Part shown: piece after piece, positions 26,837 to 39,699 of the stretch
How positions within the stretch are numbered: the stretch's first letter is position 1
Layout of the letters: each line of letters starts with the position of its first letter
Source: Cercozoa sp. M6MM
Lineage: Eukaryota; Protista; Endomyxa: Ascetosporea
Length of the DNA stretch: 64,000 nt
NCBI GenBank assembly: GCA_040357565.1
Contig: JBDODJ010000055.1
Reading direction: 5' to 3' (one strand)
Made by a program: the position numbers and the translations under genes
Notes under the pieces: generated by a model
Databases searched by the model: none
What the model was told of the DNA's origin: nothing
What the model saw: the letters and a program-made list of their open reading frames with translations, nothing else

Positions 26837-29800
26837 TTAGAAACCGCCGCCAATCGCATTCTTTCGCTGCTTCTCCCTGAGCCACACACACATGCGTTTA
26901 ACACATACCACTGCAGTAGCATAGAAGAACAGGGTACTGGCGCTTGCGGGCGCGACGTGCGGCCTTCTTGGTATGCACCTCCTTGCGCGCCTTCTTGTTG
27001 TGCTTGGCCTACACAGAACAATCCATTAAGAGATATAGGTCATGCGAACGACGCGAAGCAATACCTGACTAGCGCCGAGTTTGTTGTCCTCGAGCGGCGC
27101 TTCGCGGCCCAGGAGCATGGCCTCATCAGCGGCGTCGATGGCGGCGTCCAGTGCGTCGAACAGCGCGTCTTCCTCCTGCTGTTGCTCTGGCTCCGGCTCA
27201 GGCGTGTCACTCCTACTTCCACAAAACACAGGATTCGCTGGTGCAATCCTGTGTGTGCAGTTAAACAGTTTTAGTTATACGATTCAACAGGCAGTTCGTT
27301 GTCGTTGTCGGGCGCCAAGGCACTCGTGACCAACCGGGTGTCGGTGTGCGCGCCCTGGAAGACTTGTCGCTCCTGCTCGTCCAGGCCAGGAGGCGGGTGG
27401 CAGTACAGCAATGCGCCTCGCACGTAGTCTGCCAGCATGCCAGTCATTGTTAAATAACACTCGGACACTGCATGAGTCGAGTCGGGAGTGTCATACCTTT
27501 GAGTACGATTCGGCCCGCACGAGACTGGTTGGGCACTCCACCTGCGGCACGGATACAAGTCAATACCCAGAAAGAAAATCAGAGCGGACTGGGCACCCTT
27601 GCTCATCCAGTTCTTGTGTGCAGCAAGTGCACTAAGCAGGTGTCGCGGTTGCACCGTCCACGAGGCGTCTGTCTTGCCCTGAGCATGGTTGTGTAACCCC
27701 CTCCCCTTGTTGATACAGATGGCGACGAGTGTACCTCCTGGAGACGCTGCACCTGCAGCTCGGCCGGTCGCTGCAGCCGAATGTGGTATGTCCGATCGAA
27801 CACAGACGGCGCGATACGGAAGGTAACCTAGTGTGAAGTGAGGGGTAAGTTGGGTAAGGTGGTGTAAGGTGGGGTAAAATGGGCCAGGGCAGGGTACCAC
27901 ACGGGTAGGCTCCACAACGTCGCGCAGCTGATCGATCGGCAGAACGCCAGCGCACACCAGGTCGGCCTTGGTGGCCATGAAGGTCGGGAATACGAGACCC
28001 GGACAGTCGCACACAGTGAGGGGCCAGTCCTTGCCGGGTGTCTCCTCTGCGGTGCGGTACAGGGTAGGCAGGTGGGTAGGGAGGCAGGTAGGTAGGCAAG
28101 TAGGTAGGAAGGTCGGTGTGTACGAGTAACGCACCAGCAGGCAGCACAAAGGTCTGCAGGAACTTGGTCTTGCCGGGCGTGCATCCCACCGCGGCCTTCT
28201 TGGCACCTAGTGGAATCGGGGGGGGGGGTAAGAGGTTAAAGAATCTGTTGCAAGGGAAGAGACAAACAAGAGCACCAAGCAGCACGTTGAGCAGCGAGGA
28301 CTTGCCGACGTTGGGATAGCCGACCAGACCAACGACAAACTCCTCCTTGTGACCACGTGCGAGACGCTCTTTCTGTTAAGGGTGAGAGTAAGGCTCGGGT
28401 ACACCTATAGGCAGATACACACACAAACACACATACCTGCAACTCGGCAAAGATCGACGACTGCAGCGGCGCAGCCACCTGTCACGCAAACGCACAATCA
28501 TATCCCCCAGTTACCCCCTCTAACCTTCTAACCTGGGCGTACCAGGTCACGCTGACGACGCACGTAGTCGACGAGACCGTCGGCATCGAGAATGCGCACG
28601 TCCTCGTCGTCCTCTCTGCGACCACAAGACAAGATACGGCGCAGAGGTAAGGGGGAGGGGGTAAACAGCATACGAAATGTCCGTGTCCTGTGCCTGCGTC
28701 AACTGCATGGCCACTGTGATCTTCTGCTGTGAGAGCTCTCTGCATTAACATACAGGTCCATACGGTCTGACACATGGACGGGACATGATGTACCGCTTCG
28801 AATCGCTCGCAATGTCCAGCTTGATCTGCTCGGCCACAGCCGAGAAGAACACGAACTGCACTCCTGTCAAGTCAAGGAGAACCCGAACATGAGAAGAAGC
28901 GTAGGTCTATCAAAGGGGAGTGTGACGCTGGTCAGCTACCGACGGATCGGAAGTGCTTGGCCCACATGCGTCGCTGCCGCTTGGACAGAAAGTCGGCCTT
29001 GTTCACCTGTAGGGAGGAGGAGTCACCTGGAGGCAGAAGGCAGCACATGCTGCAGGAAGAATACCACAAGCAAGCAGCGCTTGGCCTCGGCAATTCCGCA
29101 GTCGCGGATGGCGATCTCACGGACGTACCTGCAGGACAGCAGAAGGGTAGGGGAAAGTGGGGGTGGGGGCGATAGAAGAGATATAGGGAGAGGGGAGTAC
29201 CGCTCCAGATCCTCACTGCGGAACAGCAGCGGGTTGCGCGCGTCCACGATCTGCACCAGCAGCTGACTGCGCTCCACGACGCGCCACAACTGGCGCCACA
29301 CCTGCTTACGCACAAGAGCGTAAAGAGGATAAAGGGTAAAGAAGGTAGGGGTAAGGGTAAAGGGATAAGGGGTAAGGGGTGGGGGGATAAGGGCAAAGGG
29401 GTAAGGGGTAAGGGGTAAAGGGAAGAGTCCACCTCGAGGTTCTTCTCGTACGGAGTGACTGCCATGTTGTTGGCACGCTCGGCACGCATGGCCTAAACAT
29501 ACAGACACACAATAAATAGATATAATAAGGCGAACAAAGGGAATAAGGGGAGGGGGTAAAGGAGGAAAGGCACACCATGGCACGCTTCCAGTCGACAAAA
29601 CTGCGCGACTCGTTCTCGCGCACCTCGTCGCGCGACATGTGTCGGTGCCATGGCGGCCGACGCGGCACCGACAGCGCCGCGTACGCGAACTGTGACAGAG
29701 ACCAGTGTACATACACGTCCGCGCGGACAACATGACACATCCTACCTGTTCGCGCCGACGCATCTGCTCGAGTGCCTCGGCGTGCTGTTCCTCCTCAGTC

Positions 29801-30240
29801 GCCGCATTCTGTGTCGAGGGGGCACGGACCGGGGGGGGGGGGTATCACAGGGGTACAAGGATACCTGCACGAGCTGTGACGTGCGCTCGCTGTCAAACTG
29901 TCGCTGCTCCTGCGCCGCTGTTTCTAAAAAGTCGTCGAGTGCGGTGCGATGGGTCACACTAAGCATGCTCTCCTTCTCTGCGCACACACACATACACAGG
30001 CTGAGTTACAGACAAATAATGGTATACCGCGGGAAGGCGCCTCCGGATGCATCTCCACATAGCGACGAGCTCGTGCACGCTCTGGACCCGAGTCACTGCG
30101 CACATGGTACTGCTAAATGAGAGACTGGAGAGGCAAGGCAACGAATGATACGACTCGCGCTGCCCGCGCCGGTCGCGCTGTCGCAGCTGCTTGTGAATTC
30201 GACGACCTAAGGCGCCGGTGGGGCGCGCGTTCTTTGGCAT
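26837..30240 (-). CDS. LSG1: Large ribosomal subunit GTPase LSG1
   Basis: VTPYEKNLE|VWRQLWRVVERSQLLVQIVDARNPLLFRSEDLE, VNKADFL, VGLVGYPNVGKSSLLN, VGCTPGKTKFLQT, CDCPGLVFP, GVLPIDQLRD, DYVRGALLYCHPPP. Confidence 0.95.
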
Positions 30241-30358
30241 TATGCCTGATGTCACTCCTACACACGTTGCAGTGACAAAAAAGCCTTCAATCACGTCATG
30301 AATTTTCGACTCTGCGTTGAGCCGATACGAGCCGAGAAACCGTCCCTCTATTTTCAGT

Positions 30359-30366
30359 TTTCGCGC
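30359..30366 (+). promoter_or_regulatory. E2F-like site TTTCGCGC in the LSG1/RNR divergent promoter
   Basis: Exact match to TTTSSCGC about 30-40 bp upstream of the RNR start codons. Short motif; chance occurrence is possible. Confidence 0.3.
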
Positions 30367-30396
30367 AAATTTACCGCAACACACTGCAATAACGGC

Positions 30397-30985
30397 ATGA
30401 AAACAATGCTGGCACGTGGATTTAGGGCAAGGTATGCAGGCTTGGATTGCGTTTCTGAAAAATATTATCCAATGATGATTAAATGAGGCTGAAAAACAAA
30501 ATTGTGTCTGCTGACTCAGGCACCCGCAGTGCCTGTCATTGGCGCGAGTGTTCAGCACCGAGCCTGATGCATTCGAGGATTCGGGTGTCAATCGGTACGA
30601 ATACATTCGAGTATCTCTTACCTCATCAATGGATGTCTCGTTTCCGAAGGAGGTTTGCGCTGTCCAAGGCCTTCCTGGACAAGTACAAAAACACACCGCC
30701 GCCGTTTGGCTTCAACGGGCTCGGTGAGTTTGTGTACCGTCGCACGTACAGCCGCATGAAGGACGACGGCACGCAGGAAGAGTGGTACGAGACCGTGGCA
30801 CGTGTCGTCAACGGCACCTACAACATGCAGAAGCAGTAGATTGTTCTAACCTTGTGTCGCTTGAGGGCACAGAAGAAGGTGTTTGTATCTGTGTGCAGAT
30901 GGATCGACGATCACAATCTCGGCTGGGATCCTACCAAGGCGCGCAAGTACCTTTGCACTCTTGCTGTGTCTTGGTGACTGTACTG

Positions 30986-31070
<85 letters not shown>

Positions 31071-34000
31071 ATGCGCGCATGCGAATTTACATAGCTCCAG
31101 CAGTTGCGACTACATCCACACGGTCGGTATANNNNNNNNNNNNNNNNNNNNNNNNNNNNNNNNNNNNNNNNNNNNNNNNNNNNNNNNNNNNNNNNNNNNN
31201 NNNNNNNNNNNNNNNNNNNNNNNNNNNNNNNGTGTGTGTGTGTGTGTGTGTGTGTGTTGTGTGTGTGTGATACAGGTCTGCCCAGGAGATGTACAAGCGC
31301 ATGTTTGAGATGAAGTTTCTGCCTCCCGGACGAGGTCTCTGGGCCATGGGTACAAACGCTTCTGCAGCCTGAGATATTCACTCCGTGATGTGTGTCCTTA
31401 CTGCAGGGAGTCCTCTCACCACCGAGCGTGGTCTCTACGCCGTACGTTTGTTCCGTTCATTCCCTAGTCTTGTCGGGTTAAAGATGTGATGTATACACCA
31501 CTCAAACAGGCACTCAACAACTGCGCTTTCGTATCGACCAGCGATCTCGGCAAGGAGCCTATCAAGCCCTTTGGTATGGTTCACAGTCGAGTTTGTTTCC
31601 TGTCTACCTGTTCTTCTCGGGTAATTGTCTGTGCAGCCTTCCTGATGGACGCTTCCATGCTCGGCGTTGGCGTCGGCTTTGATGTAGCAGTGTTCCCTCC
31701 CTTTGATACCTCCCGATGTCCGAGATTCCGACGTACAGACCAAGGGTGCCGGCACCGTCGTGGTCAAAGGCGTCAGTGAAAGTAGCTTTCATTCCTTGAC
31801 CGGGGAGTGAAGGGGCAAAGGGGTTATTTGTTGCCGCTACGTGCAGGCATGTCGACGCGCATCTACAAGGTGCCCGACTCGCGCGAGGGCTGGGTCATGG
31901 CACTGCGGTACGCTGCACGTGCTCATTGTGTGATCACTGACTGACCACTGACTGACACTCTGACCGTGTAGCAAGTTGTTGGAGTCGCACTTCTGTCACC
32001 GGGCGCCCGTCGAGTTCGACTTCTCGCTGGTGCGTTTCCGCTCTTGGAATGGTCTGTTTGGACCGCTGTGCGTCCACCTGGACCGTCTGTTTGGACTGTC
32101 CAGCTGGTGTTTGTGTCCTTTGTACAACCTATTCCGGGACACAGATCCGCAAGGCCGGCGAGCCGATCCACGGCTTTGGCGGCGTTGCCAGGTACAGCAC
32201 CACGCAGACTGAGTGAATGAGTGATCGCACGTGGCTGATCGCACGCGGGCGGTGGAGTGCCCGCATGGGTGACCACTTAGGTTACCACTGGAGTGACCTC
32301 TCTTTTGGGCAGTGGACCGGAGCCGTTGCAGACGCTGCTGCGCGAGACGGACGAACTGCTGCGACAGAGACGACAGGAGGCACTCACGGCCACCGACATT
32401 GTCGACATCGTACCTCTGCCACAATGCCACTGTGCGTGTGGCTACTACTGTGGCTACTACTGCCTGTGTGCCTGGCGACCTGACTATTTTCTGTCCCTAT
32501 GTCTGTATGGACGGTACACTTTGTACAGATGAACCTCATCGGACGCTGCGTCGTCAGTGGCAACGTTCGACGCTCCGCCGAGATCGCATTTGGCGACATC
32601 CACGTATTNNNNNNNNNNNNNNNNNNNNNNNNNNNNNNNNNNNNNNNNNNNNNNNNNNNNNNNNNNNNNNNNNNNNNNNNNNNNNNNNNNNNNNNNNNNN
32701 NNNNNNNNCCCGTAGGACGAGGAGTACCTGCACCTGAAGGACTACGAGCGTAATCCGCGTCGTCTTGCCTTTGGCTGGGTCTCCAACAACTCCGTCTTTG
32801 CTCGGTACACCCTTTCCCCTACCCCTTACCCTCTTTAACCCTCGGCCCCTACTTGCCTGGATAGAGCGGGTGACGACTACACCGATGTTGCCAGACGCAT
32901 TTGCGACAATGGCGAGCCTGGGTAAACTCCTTGCCCCCTTTACCTGCCCCCCGTATACTTGTCCCCTTTTAGACTCGCGTGGCTTGACAACATGCGCGAG
33001 TACTCTCGCATGCGGGTATGTGTCCAGTGGCTGGCGGTTGGTTTGCATGGGTTGGCACGTGCGTGAGTTTCCACCTGTGACACGTGTGTGTGTTGTGTGT
33101 GTGTGTTGTGTGTGTGTGTGTGTTGTGTGTGTGTGTGTGTGTTGTGTGTGTTGTGTGTATGTTGTGTGTGTGTGTGTTGTGTGTGTTTGTTGTGTGTGTG
33201 TTGTGAGTGTGTATGTTTGTGTGTGGATGTATGTGGTGTGTGACTATGTGACTGTGGATCGGTACAGGACTCGGAGCGCGACCTTAAGGACCTCAAGGCC
33301 TGCGGCGGCAACCCTTGTCTAGAGCAGACACTCGGTACTTACTCTCCCTGGCCTCTTTACCCCCTTTAACCCTACCCCTTTAACCCTACCCCTTTACCCC
33401 TACTTCTTTACCCTTTAACCCCCGATAGAGAGCTTCGAGCTGTGCTGCCTGGTGGAGACGTTTCCCTGTCGACACGAGGACCTGGACGACTACCTCAAGT
33501 AGCGAGCATACACATTGGGACCTGAGTGACCACGTGACCACCAATGTGGCCACCCATGTGACCGCGAATGTGATCATTCAGTATGTACGTGCGTCTGTGT
33601 GTGTGTGTGACTGAGGTAGGACACTCAAGTACGCCTACCTGTACGCCAAGACCGTCACGCTCGGACAGACGCACTGGCCCGACACGAACCGCGTCATGCT
33701 GCGCAACCGTCGCATTGGGTATTCCCCACTGACTGACTGGCTGGGTGGTCACGTGACTACTGTGACCGTGTGACCCTTATCACGTGGAGTTGCACATGCG
33801 CAGCTGCTCAATGTCGGGCATCCAGCAGTTCGTGGCCAGCAAGGAGCCAGGCAAGGGCCTGCACGGACTCAAGCAGTGGTGCGAGGCCGGTTTCGACACT
33901 GTCCAGGCGTACTCATGTCCTGTCCTGTCCTGTCCATATCTGTCCTGTCCATATCTGTCCTGTCCATATCTGTCCTGTCCATATCTGTTCTGTCTATCTG

Positions 34001-34967
34001 TCCTCATATCTATCTTGTGTGTATGTATGTTTTTGGACAGAACGGACGCCAAACTGAGCGATCTGTTCGCGATTCCGCGCAGTCGCAAGACCACGTCGGT
34101 GAAGCCGTCGGGCACTGTGTCGCTCCTGGCCGGTGCCACGCCTGGTATCTACCCAGTCTCTGAGTGGGGTGGGAGTTTATCCCCTTTCCCGGTAGGTATG
34201 CACTGGCCAGAGTCGCGCTTCTACATTCGTCGTGTCGGTACTCCCCTTTTACCCCCTATCCCTCTACACCATTGTGGATGTACCTGTGTCTGTGAGTGTA
34301 CAGTAGTGGCCAAGAACTCGCCGCTGCTGCAGCCGATGCAAGATGCCGGCTACACCATTGTGGATGTACCTGTGTCTTTTCCCCCCCCCCCCCCCCCCGA
34401 CCCTTGCTATGTCATCCTGTTCCTTTGACAGAGTGTCTACGATACCAATGCGTGCGTTGTTGAGTTCCCCGTCGATGTTGGCGAGGTAATCCACTCTCCC
34501 CCCTGTCCCCTTGTCCACAAGTACTGTATTCACACAGGGAGTGCGACCGCAGTCAGAAGTTTCGCTGTGGGAACAGGTACTTTCTTCCCATAACCCTATA
34601 CCCCGTATACCTATACTCCTATACTTATATACCCCTATACCTATATACCTCTACCCCATACCTGTAGACCCCTATACCCCTATACACTCCTATACTCCAA
34701 TGCATACTCTGGACCCACGTTCATCCTTATACCTCCCCCGATACGCAGTTGTGTATGGCGTCGTTCCTGCAACACAACTGGGCCGATAACCAGGTATCTA
34801 TTTGTCCCTCTTGGGTTCTGCCTTCTGGTACTCCCCCCCCCCCTAGGTGAGTTGCACGGTGACGTTCGACCCCGAAAAGGAAGGCGCGCAGTTGCCGCAC
34901 GCCATCGAGCACTTTCAGTACTCTGTACGTTGCCTTATCCCTCCCCCTTCATGTGTTACTGTGTGTG

Positions 34968-35037
<70 letters not shown>

Positions 35038-35414
35038 ACAGTTGAAGGGCGTGTCCTTCCTTCCGCGTCGCGACAACGTGTACGAGCAGATGCCGTATGA
35101 ACCCATCTCGCCCGAGGTAGCACTAGCACACTGCCTTCACTGGTCGTCGTATGTAATGTACTGCACTGAGATATTCTGCCTGCAGGAGTACGAGCGTCGT
35201 CTGGCGCTGCTGTCGACGCCGCACTTTGCTGACACTGCGCGTTCCTCCGACGACTACGTTGCTGGTACGTCATCTGTCCTCTTATATGCCTTGCACTCAA
35301 GTTTTACCCCGCGCCGCCTGGTCAGACAAGTTCTGCGACGGACAGACATGCGAGATTCCGCAGGTAGCCGCTGAACGCAAGTGTGAGGAGGAGACCGACA
35401 CCATGCCGCAATGA
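30397..35414 (+). CDS. nrdJ: Class II adenosylcobalamin-dependent ribonucleotide reductase (monomeric NrdJm/RTPR type), about 31 exons
   Basis: [88 protein letters not shown]|[10 protein letters not shown] (thiyl-radical NPCxE), [26 protein letters not shown]|[15 protein letters not shown], and C-terminal DKFCDGQTC. Confidence 0.95.
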
Positions 35415-35430
35415 CCGGCGTTAAGTAACA

Positions 35431-35500
35431 TTAGTTAGTTAGTTCAGTCCACTTAGAAACCAACTATGCATCGTATCGTATGCCTGTACCAGTCCTGGGG
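35431..35500 (+). repeat. Dispersed ~60-bp motif, copy B
   Basis: TTAGTTAGTTAGTTCAGTCCACTTAGAAACCAACTATG...CCTGTACCAGTCC, starting just after the RNR stop at 35414. Confidence 0.7.
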
Positions 35501-35781
35501 CGCACGGCACGTGGGGTCAGAAGTCTAGTGACGTGACAAACGACACCATCGTCGCGTTGCAATTGCCTTGTTGTGTGGTGCATGTACCGAAGTTCGGTTT
35601 AGTTGCTTGCAACTGACAAGTTGTCATGAACCGTGCCTGTTTACCGAGGGATAAATTTACAGTAACTATTGTACCTGTACAGTCGTCGAGTGAACCCACC
35701 GGCAGCCCTTGTGCTGCAGCCGGCAGGATACAGTATACTATACGGCCATTAGGCTGGTCATGCGACTCGTTTGATGATACA

Positions 35782-35838
35782 GTAGTTATTGTAGTTCAGA
35801 CTACTAAGAAACCAACTATGTAGTTACCTTGTACCAGT
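35782..35838 (+). repeat. Dispersed ~60-bp motif, copy C
   Basis: GTAGTTATTGTAGTTCAGACTACTAAGAAACCAACTATGTAGTTACCTTGTACCAGT. Confidence 0.7.
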
Positions 35839-35840
35839 AA

Positions 35841-35918
35841 CTACTCCGTCACGGCGTCTACCTTAGTGTGGACCTCATGGACGGCGCACTCTGCCTGTTC
35901 GCTGATCGACAATGCTGC

Positions 35919-35985
<67 letters not shown>

Positions 35986-35995
35986 NNNNNNNNNN

Positions 35996-36043
<48 letters not shown>

Positions 36044-39000
36044 ACATCACATCACATCACATCACATCACATCACATCACATCACATCATGTACGATACC
36101 ATACGATGAGCGCTGCTACCACAGATAATGTGACAAGCTAGATTACCGATACGCCCAACGTCCCCAGAAGGCGTAGCCCAGTGCAAACGCGAGTAGCATA
36201 AGCCCGCACACCAAGGCGAATATCGTATCGACGGCGCTCGCCGCAGGATCGTCCATGTGCGCCAGTAGCAACGTCGACATCGTCAAGGTCGCCAACTGAA
36301 AGAAAAGACACTGTATTCGTGCGTTGACGGACCACGCTGAGACGGCGTACAGTGAGGGCAATGTGCGTTCGAGGACCACGCTGAGCTCGCAGCAGAAGCC
36401 ACACCTGCAGAAAGCAGAAGAAAAAGAGAGCTCCGCCCACAAAGTTAAGCGCCGATGCCGAAGTCGTGGGTCCCTGGGGTCATGACACAGTGTGCGAGTA
36501 TTCTCTCACACGTCTGCAGTGTATGTACCGCAGAGGAGGCATCCAGGAGTACGACACCAGTGATGACCTGCACGAGGAACTGTAGCAGCCAGAGGTACAC
36601 GATACGTCGCTGCCAGCGACGCGGCAGTGGCTTCCACAGGTGTACTGGCAGTGGCACCAGCTGCGCTTCTTCCAGTCGCCCACCTTTGGCAACACCTGCA
36701 GCTGCCTCGGCACGCTCCTCTTCGGGGTAGTAGCCTTCGGCACGAGCGGCCGCTTTCTCTGCCTCGGTCGGGACGGGCAGACTCACCAGGGCGCGCAGTG
36801 GCTGGATTGGGACAGAAGGCCGCCTGCGCGGAAAGCCGGCTGCGAAGCGCACTTGTATGCGCGGCGACAAGGCAAAATCTTCGGGTAGCTGGTCGACGAC
36901 TCCACCGGCAAGTCGAAGCCAGCGGGTCTCCTCAAAGTCAATGCCCCAGGGAAGTCGCGGTGATAGCAGTGGCGTCACGATAGTGCCTATAAGGTTCTGC
37001 GACGACAGTTGCACTGCAGAAACCAAACATATGCACACCTTACAGAATACCGGAACCCAACCGAGAAAGTTACGGATGCGCAGCTCGAGCACGCTGCCAG
37101 AGGGGACGTGTTCGAAGGTGGTAGCCTGAGGCGACGCGATTGGATTCATGCACACGGCCGACAAGGGCCGTGCCGCCACACCACCGCCTCGCATGCCAGC
37201 AGCGTCGTATGAGCCACCCTGTTCATACTGGAGTATAAGTTTATGTACAGAGGCACAAAGGCGGGTGTTCTGCACCTGCTCATTGGCGTTGTACTGCGCG
37301 TTTGGTTGCTGGTAGTTTGGTTGCTGGTAGTTTGGTTGCTGGTAGCTTGGTTGCTGCTGGCCAGGTTGTGACAGAGGAGGAGGCTGTTGCTGTGCATATG
37401 CACCACTGGCCTGTTGTTGTGTCGCGTACTGATCGTAGCCGTATGTTTGGGACTGCTGCTGCTGCTGCTGCACTTGCTGTTGTTGCATAGCAGTTTCATC
37501 TTCTTCTCTGCTGGGAGGCCAGTGTGGATGCACTTTGCCAAACACGAGAATGTCGGCATCTGGCACTGGTTGCATATCCCTAACACTGAGAAGCCACACG
37601 CGCATGCTCGCGTCAGGCGCTCGTAAGTCACCTGCCAAGCACAACCTCACAAACCTGCCTTTCCGACACTTATGCGTGGCAGCACAAAAGCATACCACGG
37701 CCAGACGGGAGACGACTTGAGCGCACGGACTCGGGACTTTCAAAAAGTGCTTGCACGCGCACGCGGAGTCGCGGCGGTGGCTGTGAAGGGTCCAGTTGTA
37801 GTGCCGACACGGGGAACTCGCCTTCGATGACAAAATCGTGCTGCTGCATCCACTCAACCTGCTTGCTGGGAGGACACACGCCAATCTCCACGGTGGCAGG
37901 CGTCGGCTGGTCGCGCAAGACCACGGCAAGCGTCAACACCTCGGTCGCCGCGCAATCTTCAATCTCGATGGTGCCTCCCAATTGCGGCAGAAACTGTGCC
38001 TGCAGCAGTGCCGGCGCCTGTGCAGCGCGGTAGGACAGCTTCCAGTCCGTGTCGTACTGCCCGTGCAGATCGGGAGCGTCCACTATCGTCACCAACACTT
38101 TCGAACATCTACGTGATCACATCACACAGAGGTTATCGTTCGTGTGTCACTTCAAAAGAAAAAGCGTTGCACTCACCGAGGAGGTTCTTCGGGAATGCCG
38201 CCGAGAGGCTCTGGGACAGTGCCATCAGCTGCTATTGCACCCGTGTCGAACATCTACAAGAAGGAATAAAACACTCACTTGATCCGAAGGAGAGGGAGAG
38301 GGGTAGAGAGAGAAGGAGGGAGATGGAATGATCGACGTACGTATTCTGGAACGTTGTGTCCGTACGGAACAGGTGGCTGAGGTATTTGAACAGGTGCCGC
38401 AAAGCCAGGGAGTTGCGGTGGAGCTGCAACCTGAGGCTGCTGTTCCGGCTGCTCCTGCAAGAAGGCTTGCTGTGCCGACGTCAAACCCGCTTGCTGCATG
38501 CCTTCCATGCCGACTCCAGTGCTCGCGAACGCCGGCGGTGCCTGCTGTGCCTGTGCCGGACCGGTGGCTCCTTGACCTCCAAACTGAGCACCCTCGTAGC
38601 CATGTGCCGGAACACCTGGTATCCCGCTCTGCGCTTGTTCAACGCCGAGCTGTGGCTGCTCCATGCCTGGCTGTGTGGCTCCAACTTGAGTGCCTTCTTC
38701 AACACCTTGCTGCTGCATACCCTGAGGCTGAGGCGCGTATGGTGCTTCAGCTGCACCTTGTCGTGCGTACTCTGTTGTTGCGCCGGGAGTACCATACTGC
38801 CCGGTAGCTTGTGTGCCTTGCACACCTGCCGGGACGCCGGCGTTAACCGCATTTCTGGCAGCAGGAGGCACGCCGCTGCCTCCGCGTAACTCACCGACAA
38901 AATCGACACTGACTCGCAGCATGAGCGACATAGAGGGACCGTCTTTTTTGGTGTTCTCCAGTGACACGTAGTGCGAGGAGTTTTTGCGACCCCACTCTGT

Positions 39001-39696
39001 TCGTACAGTGCCCGACCATTAAATCACAAGTTTTGCAAACTAAAGAAGCGAACACAAGCAAAGGAGCAATTTACCAGAGCTCGGAGTATCGAAGATGTCC
39101 TCAAGCGTGGCAGAAAGAAAGCGTGCTACAACCTGTCTTTTTCTCGAGCTGCTATTGTATCTCGTGCCGTCGTTGCTCGCGCTGACCGCAGGCGCTCGCG
39201 TGACAACCACTTGCAGTCGTTGCTTTCGACGTGCATGCGGAAAGACAGATTGAAGCTTCTTCTCGCTGCCCATTGCAAGAGGCCACCGGAAGGCTGTCTC
39301 CGAAGTTGAGGTCGGTGACAGGCGCAAGTGCGCCAGCCACTGTTGACTCTGTGACAGGTGCGCGCTGTTCTCGCATCTCAGCTCCGCAAATCTCACTGTT
39401 GTACGAGCCGTTGGATTTCGCCGACGACTCATGCTTTCCGAGTAGCCACAGGAGTTGCAACGCGCTTCGCCACTGCTGCACGCCCAAACTTGGACGTAAG
39501 CTAAGGGGCATCAAACTCCGTCGACGCTTAAGGGTAGTTCAGTTGCATCTCGTGAGTACCCACACTTCGGACTTTCGTCTGACACTGAGTGGACGGCATG
39601 AAAACTGAAATAAAGTCGCCAATGAAAGTCCGCTCCAGTTGACGAAAGCGAATTTCGAAAACTGTAAAATAAAGTGTTGGTGCTCGGCGTTGTCAT
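35841..39696 (-). CDS. Hypothetical protein with Gln/Pro-rich linkers and C-terminal TM segments
   Basis: Long minus-strand ORFs (36445-37929, 37670-38098, 38275-38967) with QQPNY repeats, and hydrophobic exons at 36143-36630. Last exon ends at 35841; start uncertain. Confidence 0.55.
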
Positions 39697-39699
39697 TCC

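Noticed and set aside
30397-35414. Bacterial or phage contamination as the source of nrdJ
   Set aside because: The gene has about 30 host-style spliceosomal introns and shares a short divergent promoter with LSG1.
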